A stretch of 62,492 nt of DNA. It comes from Folioceros fuciformis. Lineage: Eukaryota. A model generated the notes under the pieces. The model was not told the DNA's origin. It saw nothing but the letters and a program-made list of their open reading frames with translations, and did no database searches. Positions 23,238-35,700 of the stretch are shown here, in pieces. The stretch lies in assembly GCA_049999805.1 (NCBI GenBank), contig JBNGIO010006342.1, positions 467,449 through 529,940 on the forward strand, written 5' to 3'. A program made the translations under genes and the position numbers. Each line of letters begins with the position of its first letter. The stretch's first letter is position 1.

Positions 23238-26200
23238 ATGCAGGGCCCGGATGCTGGGGTGCTGTCGCAATGGTTTCTGCAGACGCTGTCTCCAGATTTG
23301 GAGCCAAGAAAACAGGCAGAAGAGCACCTGAAGCTGGCGGGGGAGCGGCCGGATTTCGGGCGTGTCCTGCTGCAGCTCTTGTCTGAGCGTGCCGTTGGGG
23401 AACAAGTTCGGCTGGCTGCTGCCGTGAACTTCAAGAACAGGGTGAAGTACAGATGGCGCGCGGAGGATGCGGAGAGTGCTCAGGTGTTGCCCATGGGGGA
23501 GGAGGAGAAGGAGCAAGTGAAGCTGTGTATTGTCGGCCTCATGTGCTCTATGCCTCCCAAGATACAGTCTCAGTTGAGCGAAGCTCTTGTGATCATGAGC
23601 AAGTTCGACTTTCCGCACAACTGGCCGTATTTGCTCGATCAGCTTGTGGCCGGAATTCAGAACCGCGCAGACTATAGTGTGATCAATGGTATTCTGCAGT
23701 CTGCGAATTCGATTTTCAAGCGGTTTAGGTACGAGTTTAAAAGCCAGGAGCTGTACCGTAACCTCAAGTATTGTCTTGATGGATTTGCTGCCCCGTTGCT
23801 AGAGCTGTTCACCGCCACTGGGATCTTGATTGATTCCAATCCAGAGTCGCCAGCTGTTCTGAAGCCTCTGTTGGAGTGCCAGCGGCTTTGTTGCCGTATC
23901 TTCTATTCTTTGAATTTTCAGGAACTTCCAGAGTTTTTTGAGAATCATATGGCAGAGTGGATGGCAGGGTTTCACAAGTATTTGATCTATACCAACCCAC
24001 TATTGAAGGAGAGCGATGAGACTAAGGAGAGCATCGTGGATCAAGTGAAAGTGGCGATTTGTGAGAACATCAATCTGTACATGGAGAAGAACGAAGAGGA
24101 GTTTCAGAGCTTCCTTACAGAATTTGCCACGGATGTCTGGAACCTTTTGATGACTGTGTCCCAAGCTCCGAGCCACGATCGCCTTGCTACCACTGCCATT
24201 AAGTTTCTGACTACGGTCAGCAAAAGTGTCCACCATGCGCTCTTCAGAAGTCCATCCACGCTGAAGCAAATCTGTGAAAGCATCATCATTCCGAATCTGA
24301 AAATTCGAGAAGAAGATGAGGAGCTCTTTGAGATGAATCACATCGAGTACATCAGAAGAGACATGGAGGGTAGTGATTTGGAAACCAGGAGGAGGATGGC
24401 GTGTGAGCTTATCAAGGGCCTTTCCACACAATATCAAGAACAGGCATGCCTCTCTCCCGCCTTCCCCTGATGTCCAGTGTGCAAGTGGTTCTCTAACGGT
24501 GATTTGTTTGTCTTTGAAGGTCACGAGGATGTTTTCTGCTTATACCCAGGAAATGTTGGCAGAATATGCTCTCAATCCGAGATTAAACTGGAAAGCGAAA
24601 AACTGCGCTGTTTATCTTGTGGTCTCCCTGGCATCCCGGCAGGCTTCCGAAGGAGTAGCAGCCTCTGATCTTGTGGATGTGGAGCAGTTTTTTACGACGC
24701 AAATTGTGCCTGAGCTGCGAACCTATGAACCTGATGTACAGGCAATTCTCAAAGCCGATGCCTTGAAGTTTTTGACAACTTTTAGGAGACAAATACCGAA
24801 GGGTATGATGCTGGAGTTACTGCCTCAGGTCATGGGGTTTCTATTGGCTGAATCCAATGTTGTTCATTCATATGCTGCTAGCTGCATTGAGAAATTACTG
24901 GTGCTCAAAGATGGGAGAGCACTTCGATACCTAGCTGGAGACCTGGCTCCATTTGTGCAGCCTTTGTTGACAAATCTTTTTGGTGCCCTGAAGCTACCTG
25001 AGTCTCAGGAGAACGCTTATGTCATGAAGTGCATCATGAGAGTGCTTTCTGTTACAGACGTTGGGGACATGGGAAAAATTGTCATGGAAGAGCTGACTCG
25101 CATTCTTGCTGAAGTGTGCAAGAATCCTACAAATCCCAGCTTCAATCACTATGTCTTTGAGGCCATAGCTGCCCTTGTTAGAAGGGGTTGTGCAGTCAAT
25201 CCTGAGCTTATCAAGGAGTTCGAGAAGCTGCTGTTTCCCGTTTTTGAGAACATCTTGCAGCTAGACGTCGTTGAATTTGCCCCATATGTCTTCCAGGTCC
25301 TTGCGCAGCTTCTAGAAACCAGACAGCCTCCACTTCCACTTGAGTACACCAGTATTTTCCCTGTGTTTCTCAACCCAACTCTCTGGAAGCGGCCAGCTAA
25401 TGTTCCAGCATTGGTCAGGCTCTTACAGGCCTATCTTCAGAAGGCACCTGAACAGATCAATCAGGGACAGGTGAGTCTCTTGCCTTGAAAGTCTTTCCTC
25501 TTGTCAGTTAGATTGTGCACAAGAACCTAATGAGCGCATTCCGTCCATGTCTCAGCTGCCACAAGTGCTGGGAGTCTTTGACATGCTTATAAAGTCAAGA
25601 AACAACGAGCACGAAGGGTTCTTCATACTCCACACTATTGTGGAAAATCTTCCATACCGGTTGATTGAGGGATATCTTCCGGAAATATTCAGTATTCTGT
25701 TTTTCAAGCTTCATAGCCATCGGACCTTGAGGTTCATCAAGTCATTGATCATCTTCATGTCTCTGTTTGTCGTAAAGCATGGGCATGCAAGATTGACGGA
25801 AACAGTGGATAAAGTGCAATCCAATATGTTTTCCATGGTCCTGGAAAGCATTTGGATATCAAATTTGACTGCCATTGCAGGGGAGCTTGAGACTAAACTT
25901 TGTGCAGTGGCAGCGACAATGTTGTTGTCTGAGTCACCTGTCCTACTACGAGATACTGGAGTCTCCACTTGGACCAAATTGCTCGACAATGTAGTAACTC
26001 TTCTAACCCGACCAGAGGATCAGGGAGTCGAAGAAGAACCAGAGATCCCAGACTTGGATGAGGTTGTGGGCCACATGGCTGTATTTGCGCGGTTGTACAA
26101 TGCGGGAAAGCAGGAAGATGACCCAGTGAAGGAGATTCAGGATGCCCGGGAGTTTCTGGTGACGTCTCTTAGCCGAACTGGTATACAGCAGCCCGGGACG

Positions 26201-26290
26201 CTGCCGTTTAGGATACAGCAAGGTCTAGATCCCAAGAGCCAGGCAGCACTTCACCAGTTTTGCACCACATTCGGGGTCAGCTTTGTTTAA
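23238..26290 (+). CDS. CSE1: Exportin-2 / CAS / CSE1 (importin-alpha re-exporter); exons 23238-24443, 24520-25470, 25556-26290
   Basis: Importin-beta N-terminal domain ([11 protein letters not shown]), [79 protein letters not shown]; introns 24444-24519 (GC-AG) and 25471-25555 (GT-AG). Confidence 0.96.
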
Positions 26291-28785
26291 TCTCTAGTCT
26301 TCTTGAAATTCCTGTAGGTCAATTGTTCTCATGCTACCTCCTGTTTTGACTGGAGCTGCATCGAAGTACGGGTCCCTGGTAGGTTGGAAGAGATAGGAAA
26401 GGTCGTGTCCGTCGTCGGAAAATAGCAACCCGTGAACTGCAACTTGCGGTCTTTTTTGATGGATCTCTGCGGGGAAGTCTGGCGAAAGCCGTCAGTTGCT
26501 TCGGCCTACTGCTGTTGCTTAGTGCGCATGATGACATCCCGAAGGTATCACTACACCGTCCACGACGGCCAAGTGAAAGCGGAGGATAAACGAGCTTGAT
26601 TTTTTTCAATTAGTTATCACGGGCAGTATGCCCCAAGGCATTGCCGGCAGAGTATGCCGACCTTGAGAAACCGATTATCGTAGGGCCTTCAATAAAGAAC
26701 TGAGCTTTATTCCGGCCTTACTCGTAGGTAGTCTTATTTGTAGGATTCCTTAGTCCATTAAGAAGTGCAGTCTTAGAGACCGATTAGCTCCGACTTGCCA
26801 TGTATGTTTGTTGTCTTGTTGTATAATTCGAGGAATGTGTATCTCAGAGGAGTTCTTAAATCTTAACGGTAAGGTAACTTTGCCAATTTAGACGACAAGG
26901 GAAAAATTGCGGAGATGGGGCCAACTTCTTCTCAAACGTTCCATTTCCTTCAGGCAATGGCTTCCTACATTGGCCATAAACGCTCCTCTTCCTTCTCCAA
27001 CACCGGCGCGACCGTCACCGCAGGAGGCGCACGAGTGTTACAGAATTGAGTCCAACCACACTTCTTGCAAACCCCATAACACCTTGCGTACTCATTGCGT
27101 CCCTGCATTCTTCTCACGGAGTCCAGCAAACACACCAGCCTGAAGTCCAGTGCGGCCAGGCGACGTGAAGGTTCCCTGAAAATCCCATAAGTCGGCCAAG
27201 AATGGAAAACATCAGATCTGCCTGGGCTTGGGCCCGCTCACACCAGACCAGGACGACAGGAGCTCTACTAGCCATTTCTGGATTGTCTGCAATCCACTTG
27301 AAAGTTGCCCATTTCTAATACCCCATATTGCTCAAGTTGACGCCGTGTCCACCGAACCAATAAGCAGTCGAGAAAATGGAGCAGACTTTGCTCGTCGACG
27401 ATCCATAGAAACTCAAAAAACGTGTCAAACCTCGGCCAATTATTTTTGGCCGGGCCCTTAAATCCCCGTTTTCTAATTTCTCAAGACATTTCATACTTCA
27501 GAAATGTGTCTAATAGGCCCTTTTAGTTCCAAGTTGGGGCTGTTTTATCTTACAAACAAAAAACAGGTTCCCAAAGTTGGATGTTATTTTACCTTCAAAG
27601 GAAGAAAAAGCTTGATACATGTGTCTAATAGACCCGTTTAATCCAAACTTCGAGGTCATTTTATTTTTTAAAGAATATTTTATTTTTCTCATAAAAATTA
27701 AATCAACTATTAAAATGGAAAACCATCATATTTTTCTTCAAAGAAAAACTTTTATTTATTTTAGAAAAAAATATAACCCATATACCCTTATAGAGGGAGG
27801 TAAACCATACACTAGGGCTTAGCCTCTTCAAGCCTAATGACTACCAATAATTGATTTGAGGTGTTGACGCTGCCTCTCTTACCAAAGTTGTCGTCTTGGA
27901 AACCCTTTGTCGAATGGAAACTCTATTTAAAAAATGGAAACCCTCTTTCGAAAAAATGCTATAATATATTGAAGAGGAAGACGAAGCCCAATTTTCGTAT
28001 TATGAACCACCTTCACGAAGATTTCAAAAACTTGGAAAATGTCTTGCATACGGTCCCATGGGTCTCAAATGGGAAAGAGAATAAACATGTGTCCAACATG
28101 TAGAGGGCTGTACTTGTGAACTTTGGCCAATGTGCTGCTCCTCTGGTGCCCAATCCAAGGAGTTGAGATAACATGCTCATAGACTATAATTTGTATGGGG
28201 TCAATTATGACCCAATTACGACCACATCAACAATAAAAACTTGTTGTTCTTCGTAGATGAGGAAAAAGGTCAACATGCAGAGAAATGCTGTAATAGCATT
28301 ACGTAGAGTGCCTCTTTGAAAAAAACCAACCTCCTTGGCCAATGACTCCCAATCAGGCATCAGGCAAGATGATATACCATAGTTGATTAGTGGCGCTCCG
28401 CAATTGCAAGAGGAGAAAGAAGAGACTCAACTAAATGGACAGCAGGAATGACATATTTTCAGAAGATATATGTATAATGCTATATGAGATTGTTGAAATA
28501 AATAAAATTCAACTCCAAAATACTTAGCATGGTAAATGGCCCACAAGCTATTGAGGGCAGTCAAGGTTTCAAGGACATCTAGTTAGAACTTTAAAATTTA
28601 TTTTATCCCAAACGTAGCTATGCAAACATGAGTTCATTAAAACGGAACAACCCATCCATCCATCGGTAGATAGAAGTACTTAAAAAATGCTTCTTATCCA
28701 AGAAGGATACCCTCCTATCTAAGAGGATCTGCCAATGTTCTCACAAGGAAATTACTAAAAAACCCTAACTGCATCTCGCTCTACA

Positions 28786-28911
28786 GTGATGTTCACCTTG
28801 GAATGTGATGTTCACCTTGGAATGTGATGTTCACCTTGTTCCCAGTCCTCAGTATACGGGGTTCTGTACCCTTCTTGTTCCCAGTCCTTAGTATACGGGG
28901 TTCTGTACCCT
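28786..28911. repeat. Compound short tandem repeats (19-bp unit ~2.7x, then ~39-bp unit 2x)
   Basis: gtgatgttcaccttggaat repeated, followed by ttgttcccagtcct(c/t)agtatacggggttctgtaccct twice. Confidence 0.85.
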
Positions 28912-29594
28912 CGGGAGACAGCAACATTTGATGAGACATCCGAGGCTCCAATATCCTCCCGCTACATGGGGAGCGCAGGCGCTGCAACTGTCTGGCATTT
29001 TCACGTATTTTCCTGCACTGAACATCTACATCCAATTGTAATTTTAGATAGTTAAACTCAGTCAAGCATACAACATATACTACATCTCTATCCAACAAGC
29101 TTCTCCGCGCTAGTATTTCCACAATCCTACCGCTTTCTGCTAAGATGATGGAATCAAAGACATCAAGCGTAAGGCATGCTACATTCCACTGCACATCTCT
29201 GCCTACAATGCACTCATGTTCTAGAAACCTGGACCCTGTTCCAATAGTTGCGTGTGAAGGCTCCCGTGAAAAGCGACAACCATCTTTGTCTTGATGACAA
29301 ACTCAATGTGCCCCGAGCCATCAACATAGGCACTATCCCAACATGATATACATCATAAATTCTTCTATTCTCGTCCTGCCTGACTCCACCAGAAATCAAC
29401 TCGGCTTGTCCCCTGAGCATCCGCGGGCACATCGTTAACAGGGAGCCATGTCACATCCTACTTGAAGGTGGATCGAGATTGGAGAAGATAGTTAGCTTAC
29501 CCGGTGGAAAGTTCCGTCTCTCATGCCATACTCCGTCCACATTCGTGACAAGGCCAGCTGTTTCATTTTCTTCTGCAACCTGGGGATCAGCAGG

Positions 29595-31766
29595 TCAAAC
29601 TTTTGCTGCAACCACATCAATCGGCGAGTGTAAGGCAATCACCGAAGTTGGAGAGCTTACCAAGATATCTGCGGATTCCTGGGCAGAGTCATCGAAGATC
29701 GGAACTGGCTGCTCCACCATACTTGGGTGCTGGGACAGATCATAGTTCGATCCATCCAGAGGCAAGTCCTCCCTGAGCGTAGCCTCGGAAGACAACGTCG
29801 TCGTGGAGCTGGAGGCCGTCAGGACTGGGGACTCGTAATCAGACGTACTCAAGGAAGCTTCAGAAGGGATTGCTTGAAACGACGCAGACAAGTCTACCTC
29901 TACCTCTACCTCTACAGACACTTGCGCACTCGACTGCGTCTCTGGCTCCTGCGAACAGGCCAATGTCTCCGCAGGCGAGGAAGACTCCGGCTGCCTCAGG
30001 TGATGGAACACTGCAATTGCATCTGCCAACACCCCGGCCTCGGAGAAAGAAGTTGCTGTTCTCAAACGCCGGATGGGAGACGGCAGCTTCTCAGGCTCAG
30101 GGGCAGGGATGATGAGGGGGATAGGGACCGCGGTCAGCACGGGGATGGACAGGGACGATTCCTCCGGCTCCAGAGGCAAAAATAGCGGCAGACTGGCAGC
30201 AAGTGCCTGCCCGGATGTGGATGCCTCTGAAGCAAGCACCGGGACAGGGACAGGGATTGTGGTCGGCTCGGTGGGCACCACCGGCACTGGCACCAGCACT
30301 GGAAGCCCCGCAGAGGAGGACTGGCTCAAGGTTTTGAGCGCAAACACAAGCTCGTAAGCAGCAAGACAGCAGCGCGCACCCTGCACGGGGCTGAGCAGCG
30401 CGTAGAGCTCTTGAAGAGTGTGAAGACGCAGCTGGTCCACCTCCGCCAGCAGGTCACGTATACGCGCCACCTTAGAATCCACCACCTCCTTAGCTTGAGG
30501 CATGTTCTGAGCACTACTGGAGGACGCCCCCAGGTCCAGCGCCGACACGAGCTCATCATCCGGCACAAACATCTGCGTCAAGAAACACCGAAGGATCAGC
30601 ATCAGCAAGCCAGATTCATTTCCTTCTATCTCCAACCCTGGAACAAAATTCCCGCTTGCAACCAGCGTCCCTAGCGCGACACAATTCAGCAGCAGCACAT
30701 TCTTAGAAACTGCACAGCTCCAGAGGCATCCAGTAATTCCCATCCCTGCTACCGTGGGAGTAGGACGGTGGGCAAAGGCGAGGAGAAAGTGTGACAAGAC
30801 AAGCCAAAGCAATGTGCCACTGTGCGCTACAAGTGAAGCCTAGGTCTTGGATGGCCACTGCAGAAGGTTAGCAACCTGTATCACGGCCAGCCGATCCGAC
30901 AGCTCGGCCTCAGCCCGGCGAGAATGCAGTAGAAGAGCGTTGATCCGAGAGAGCTGCCTGTCGGAGAGAAGGGGCATCGACAGGGGGACCTGCGCGAGCA
31001 CAGGCTGCTGCGTGTCCTCGTTGATTTGTAATCCCATGAGTGAGTACACCAGCACAATTGCCGAGGTAGCTCTCCAACCACCCAGCCACATGAATGCAGC
31101 CTCAAGAGGCGAATGCCTCTGGCCTGCGTTCACTTTGCCCTACGGATTGTTAGACAGTGCACGTCCGTCACTACCTCCTACACCTCCAAATCCAGGATTC
31201 TACCTACCCTCACGAGCCTATCCTTCTAGATTAGTGCCACCCCTCCCTCACAATTCCACTCCTAAACAGACCCCTCCCTGCTCCACCTGCGCCCATTCCC
31301 TTGCGCAGATACTCCAAGCCGTCTCAATTCCACAATTCTGACTCGGGCATTCATAATTCACGCACAAATACGCACACCATCCGTCACTCGCAATTCCATA
31401 ATTCACCACAACGCACCCGCAATCACCGACACTGCGCCATCTTCATGCACAGCCATCACGGACTGAACAGCAACATACAGCAGACTCCACAGGAGGTGCA
31501 GCCTGAGGGCGTAACTTACCGGACACTATGGCCATGGCGTCCTCCAGCGACACGAACCCGAGCTGGCAAATGTATTCCTCCAGGCAGGCAGCAAGCAGGT
31601 CCCTAATTTCCTGCTCGGCGGCGCCAGAGATGAGTGCGGCTCGGAGCCGCCGGACGTGAACTCTCCAGAGCTGCCACCACTCCGACCGGGGGCTTCCGTT
31701 CTGATCGCCATCCCCAGAGCCGCCGGCCTCCCCGCTCCAGCTGGCCGGGCCCTTGTCCTTCTCCAT
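29595..31766 (-). CDS. DOG1-domain (TGA C-terminal-like) protein without bZIP; exons 31766-31520, 31123-30876, 30572-29595
   Basis: SPLEAAFMWLGGWRAT, LSDRQLSRINALL...RRAEAELSDRLAVIQ and AEVDQLRLHTLQELYALLSPVQGARCCLA are DOG1-domain hallmarks; canonical GT-AG introns; long P/S/E-rich tail. Confidence 0.85.
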
Positions 31767-32754
31767 GGCACGGTGAGAGCGGCAGGCAGGCAGGCTGATC
31801 GTCGGCGGCCTCAATTGCTGGCACCTAACGTTGGGCCTCCCAATGGCGCCATGCCGCTCGAACTGGGAATCGCGGCCTGATCCAAATCCAATCCACAACC
31901 GGTACAAATTACGATGGCCGTGTGTCGTGTCGTGGTCAGATAGAAATCTGAAGCTCTTGAGTCACGGACGCCGGGAGCCTTCGGGACTCTGTGGCGCCAG
32001 GCGGTCTTATACTGAGCTTGTGTCGGCCTGGCGAGGGGCGTGAGTGCGGGAAGCCCGGCGGCGGCAGCCTACAACTCCCCCTCGGGGACCTCAGCCAATG
32101 GGGGTGCCACAGGTGCCGCTCTCCGCGTAGGGCTGGCTGGGCCCGGCATCCAGGCCCGCGCCACGTGGTCGCGACCAGCAGTCGCCGACCAACGGTCGGC
32201 GACAGCTTAGGGCGGGACTGATCGCGTCGGAGAAATATCTGGCCACAATCGCGGGAATGACACACAGATATCAGGGTGCGATGCCAGATGCGGTGTCCGC
32301 GTGGCTCTCGCTGGCCGAGATCTTTACTGGGCTACTTATACGGAACACGTGTACACAGCCTCGTTGCCAACTTCCAACACGTGGGATCTGCGCCTTGTCC
32401 CTACCAGTCGAGGAAACTGACACTCTGGTTCTCTGAAAGAGCCTTCTCCCGTTGCAGGGAGAAGAAGAATGTTATTCCAATCCACCAAGGACGAGTTTCA
32501 ATCGTGACGCCGTCATTAGATTAAGCACGTTGCTTGTCTCCACTCCCACCAGCTTCCGAAAAGTCCCGCCATCCTCGGGGACAACAGGGCCGTCCAATCG
32601 GGGCGTGATACGTGGGTCCCTTTTCGGTATTTGCTCCAATATTGTGTTCTGCTCGGAGGAGGCCGCAAGGACGTGACAGGCTCATCAGGCTCCGTCCAGG
32701 CGTCATACACCGGTGCCGCCCAAATCCCAGCTGCAAGGCGCGGAAAGCAACTTT

Positions 32755-35700
32755 CTACTCCCAGCCTATTGCGCTGAATGATTCTGCCAGATTCTCCTCG
32801 GTTGGCAGCTGCGCTGACGACTTTTCGCTTAGTGCTGGATTCTCGGGTCCCCACCTTGCAGGAATGACGGTCTCTTCGTCGGCCCATCTGGAGGGGTGCA
32901 GGAGGCGGTGGGTTAGAGCAGGGGAAAATGGACGAAAAGCGCGAGATGAGACACGAATGTGGGTGTGGGAATATGGAACCTGTCGTGGGTCACTGTCAGG
33001 CAGTAGTCCACGTATGATGGAGAAAAGGTGGAGAAGTTGCGCTCCACGATCCTCACCACCTCCTGTGCGAGGGATACGCTCTCCACTGCATCCCACACCT
33101 CCAAAATTTGGATAAGTTCGTCGCCCACCTGTTCGATGCCGATGGTCCACACCACATGGAAGTTCTCTCCCTCCAATACCCACACAGGTTTGGAGGAAGT
33201 CGGGTAAGACACCAGGGACGCTGGCCTGAGGCCCTTGGCCAATCGTAGAATGTCACCAATTACTTGCTCGTACGCATGCGAGGCAAGTCGATCCAGTTTC
33301 AATTTCACCTCCTGGCTCCAGAAAATCTACAAGCCATAAGCGAGTCATTACAATACACAAGAAAGCGTGAGACGCCCGAAACAACAAACAAGACCCGTAT
33401 GTGTACCTTCCACCTAGCACTCTTGGAGAGCTCTTCAAAGGGCAGCTTCCTTACTGGAGCTTCGTTTGTCTGCCCGACGTCCTGCGTGCTGTCCACATCT
33501 GAACTCTCGGTGCTTTCCGATTCTGACCTATCCGTGCTGTTCGACTCTAGACTGTGTGTGCTGTCCTCCTCTAAACTCTGCGTGCTGTCCGGCTCAAAAC
33601 TCTGCAAGCCGTCTAGCTCTGAACTCCGCGTGCCGTCCGGCTCTGAACTCCGCGTGCCGCCCGGCTCTGAACTCCGCGTGCTCTCCGGCTCTGAACTCCG
33701 CGTGCTCTCCGGCTCTGAACTCCGCGTGCTCTCCCGCTCTGAACTCCGCGTGCTCTCCGGCTCTAGACTCTGCGTGCTCTCCACCTCCGAGCCGTGCGTG
33801 CTTCCCACCTCTGAACTCTTAGAGCTGCCCACTTCCGAAATTCGACAGACTTCCACTTCCGAGCAAGTGGGAGTCCGAGGCCTATATATTCTTTTCGACT
33901 TCAGCGCCTCCGTCTTTGCTCTGCTTGCTGCGGCTTCCAATCTGTTAGTCGGAGCTTCTAACCTGCTTGCTCCCTTACTCTCCTCTGGCCAATCATAATC
34001 ACAGAAACAGCCCCTGGCTCTAGCGTTCTTTAGTAGTCTCCACCACAATCTATCAGCAGCTTCCAGCGTATCTGCGTTCCCGACGATCCAGAGACAGTAT
34101 CTGCATACCAAGGGGACGAAGTTAGCACTGGTAATCTATATGTTTCATGCGTCAGCTTCCAAGATCGCTATAACATGAGCTCTGGTTGGCTTAAAACACG
34201 CACCTTGCACGAGTTAGTGCCACGTTCAGCCTCCGATGGTCGTTTAGAAATCCAATATGCCTCCCCCTGTTGGCTCGAACTGTCGAAAAGATGATGACAT
34301 CTTTCTCCCCTCCTTGAAATCCATCGACTGTGTTTACTTCCACATGTTGCCCTTGCCCGCTCGTCGACTTAAGCTGTTTCTTCAGACAATCCACTTGCCC
34401 AGAATATGGAGATATTACACCAACACTCAACCTTGAAGTGTCTTTCCCTGTCGTCAAAGAGTTCCGTGTTATGAGACAAGTTTTCCGGACTGAAGAAAGG
34501 CATCAATGACGCGATGAGTGGCTCACCAGTCTGCAGCAAATGAACTAATTTGACAATCGCCGCAACCTCCTTATAGTTGATTCTGCTTGTGGTATTTGGG
34601 GCTTCGTCTTCAACTCCGTCCTTGACATTCAAAAACATATAAGGACCATATAATTGCAACGGCTTTCGATAGTCCGACTTGCTAACGTTTGGGCCGTTGC
34701 GAAGGAGGCCATTATAAAAAGTCGCATTTGGGAAGGAACAAATATCTGGATGCATCCTGTATTGGATGTCTAGCAAGTGGCATGGTTGATCCTTCCTCAA
34801 CTTCAGCAACCGTTCAAAGAGGCTTCGTCCATAGCCGCAATTTTCAGCAAGCTGCGTTTTTGAAAGGACAGATGCAATTAGAGAATGCTAGAAAACGGAC
34901 AAACATGCATTATCATCCACCATGCAGCTAAGTTTGTCGAGAAGCATTCTGTTAAGTCAGCCTAGCTCGGGGCAGATTTCAGTCAGGATACCGTAGGTAC
35001 TTCACCAAACCACGAACACCATTACCTTACCTTGCTCACGACCGTCGAGGGAAGTTGTTGATGATCTCCTACCAATATCAACTGCTTTAATCCTCCCAGC
35101 TGGGACACAATTGCTGTTTCCGCTTCAACAAGCTGAGCCGCCTCATCAACTATGACACAATCATACGGCGCTCCTTGCTTGACACACCTAAGACCTGCTG
35201 AAGACACGGTGCAAAAAATGATTCTGGCGTGCCTGACACACTCTAATTCCCAAAAATCCTCCAGATGAACATCGGTATCCGTCAGCCTTTTCTCGTGCAA
35301 GAAAGGGTTAAAGGACCCAGGGATATCATGTAAACACTTGCAGAAGTGCTTTGTCATGTCAGTGAAGTTGCTTACGATCTCATATGAGGTCTTCCTGTCC
35401 TTCTCAGACAGATTCTCCAAGGGAGGAAGCTTCATAATATCGTCTAGAGTCTCATAAGCATCCCATAAAATCTGCCGAGCACTATTGGACAGGTAATATG
35501 ACGGCAAGTCATGCAGTATGACCTCTGTTGCTGTCATCATCTCGGGTGCCAGTCCCTCCATATCATTTTTGACAGAATCCATGTAACTAAACCTTTCAGC
35601 CTCTGTGCGGAACTTCCTCATCTGCAAAGTCAGGAAACTGCATTGCAAGAGCTGAAGCATCTTCTGCTTTGCTTTATCAAACCTGGATAAGGCAGGAATC

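Noticed and set aside
26899-26930. gggaaaaattgcggagatggggcc resembles the start of a Mutator-like TIR
   Set aside because: No inverted partner or TSD found in the window
33264-33998. 244-aa plus-strand ORF with (SELRVLSG)n repeats
   Set aside because: Antisense shadow of the helicase coding minisatellite
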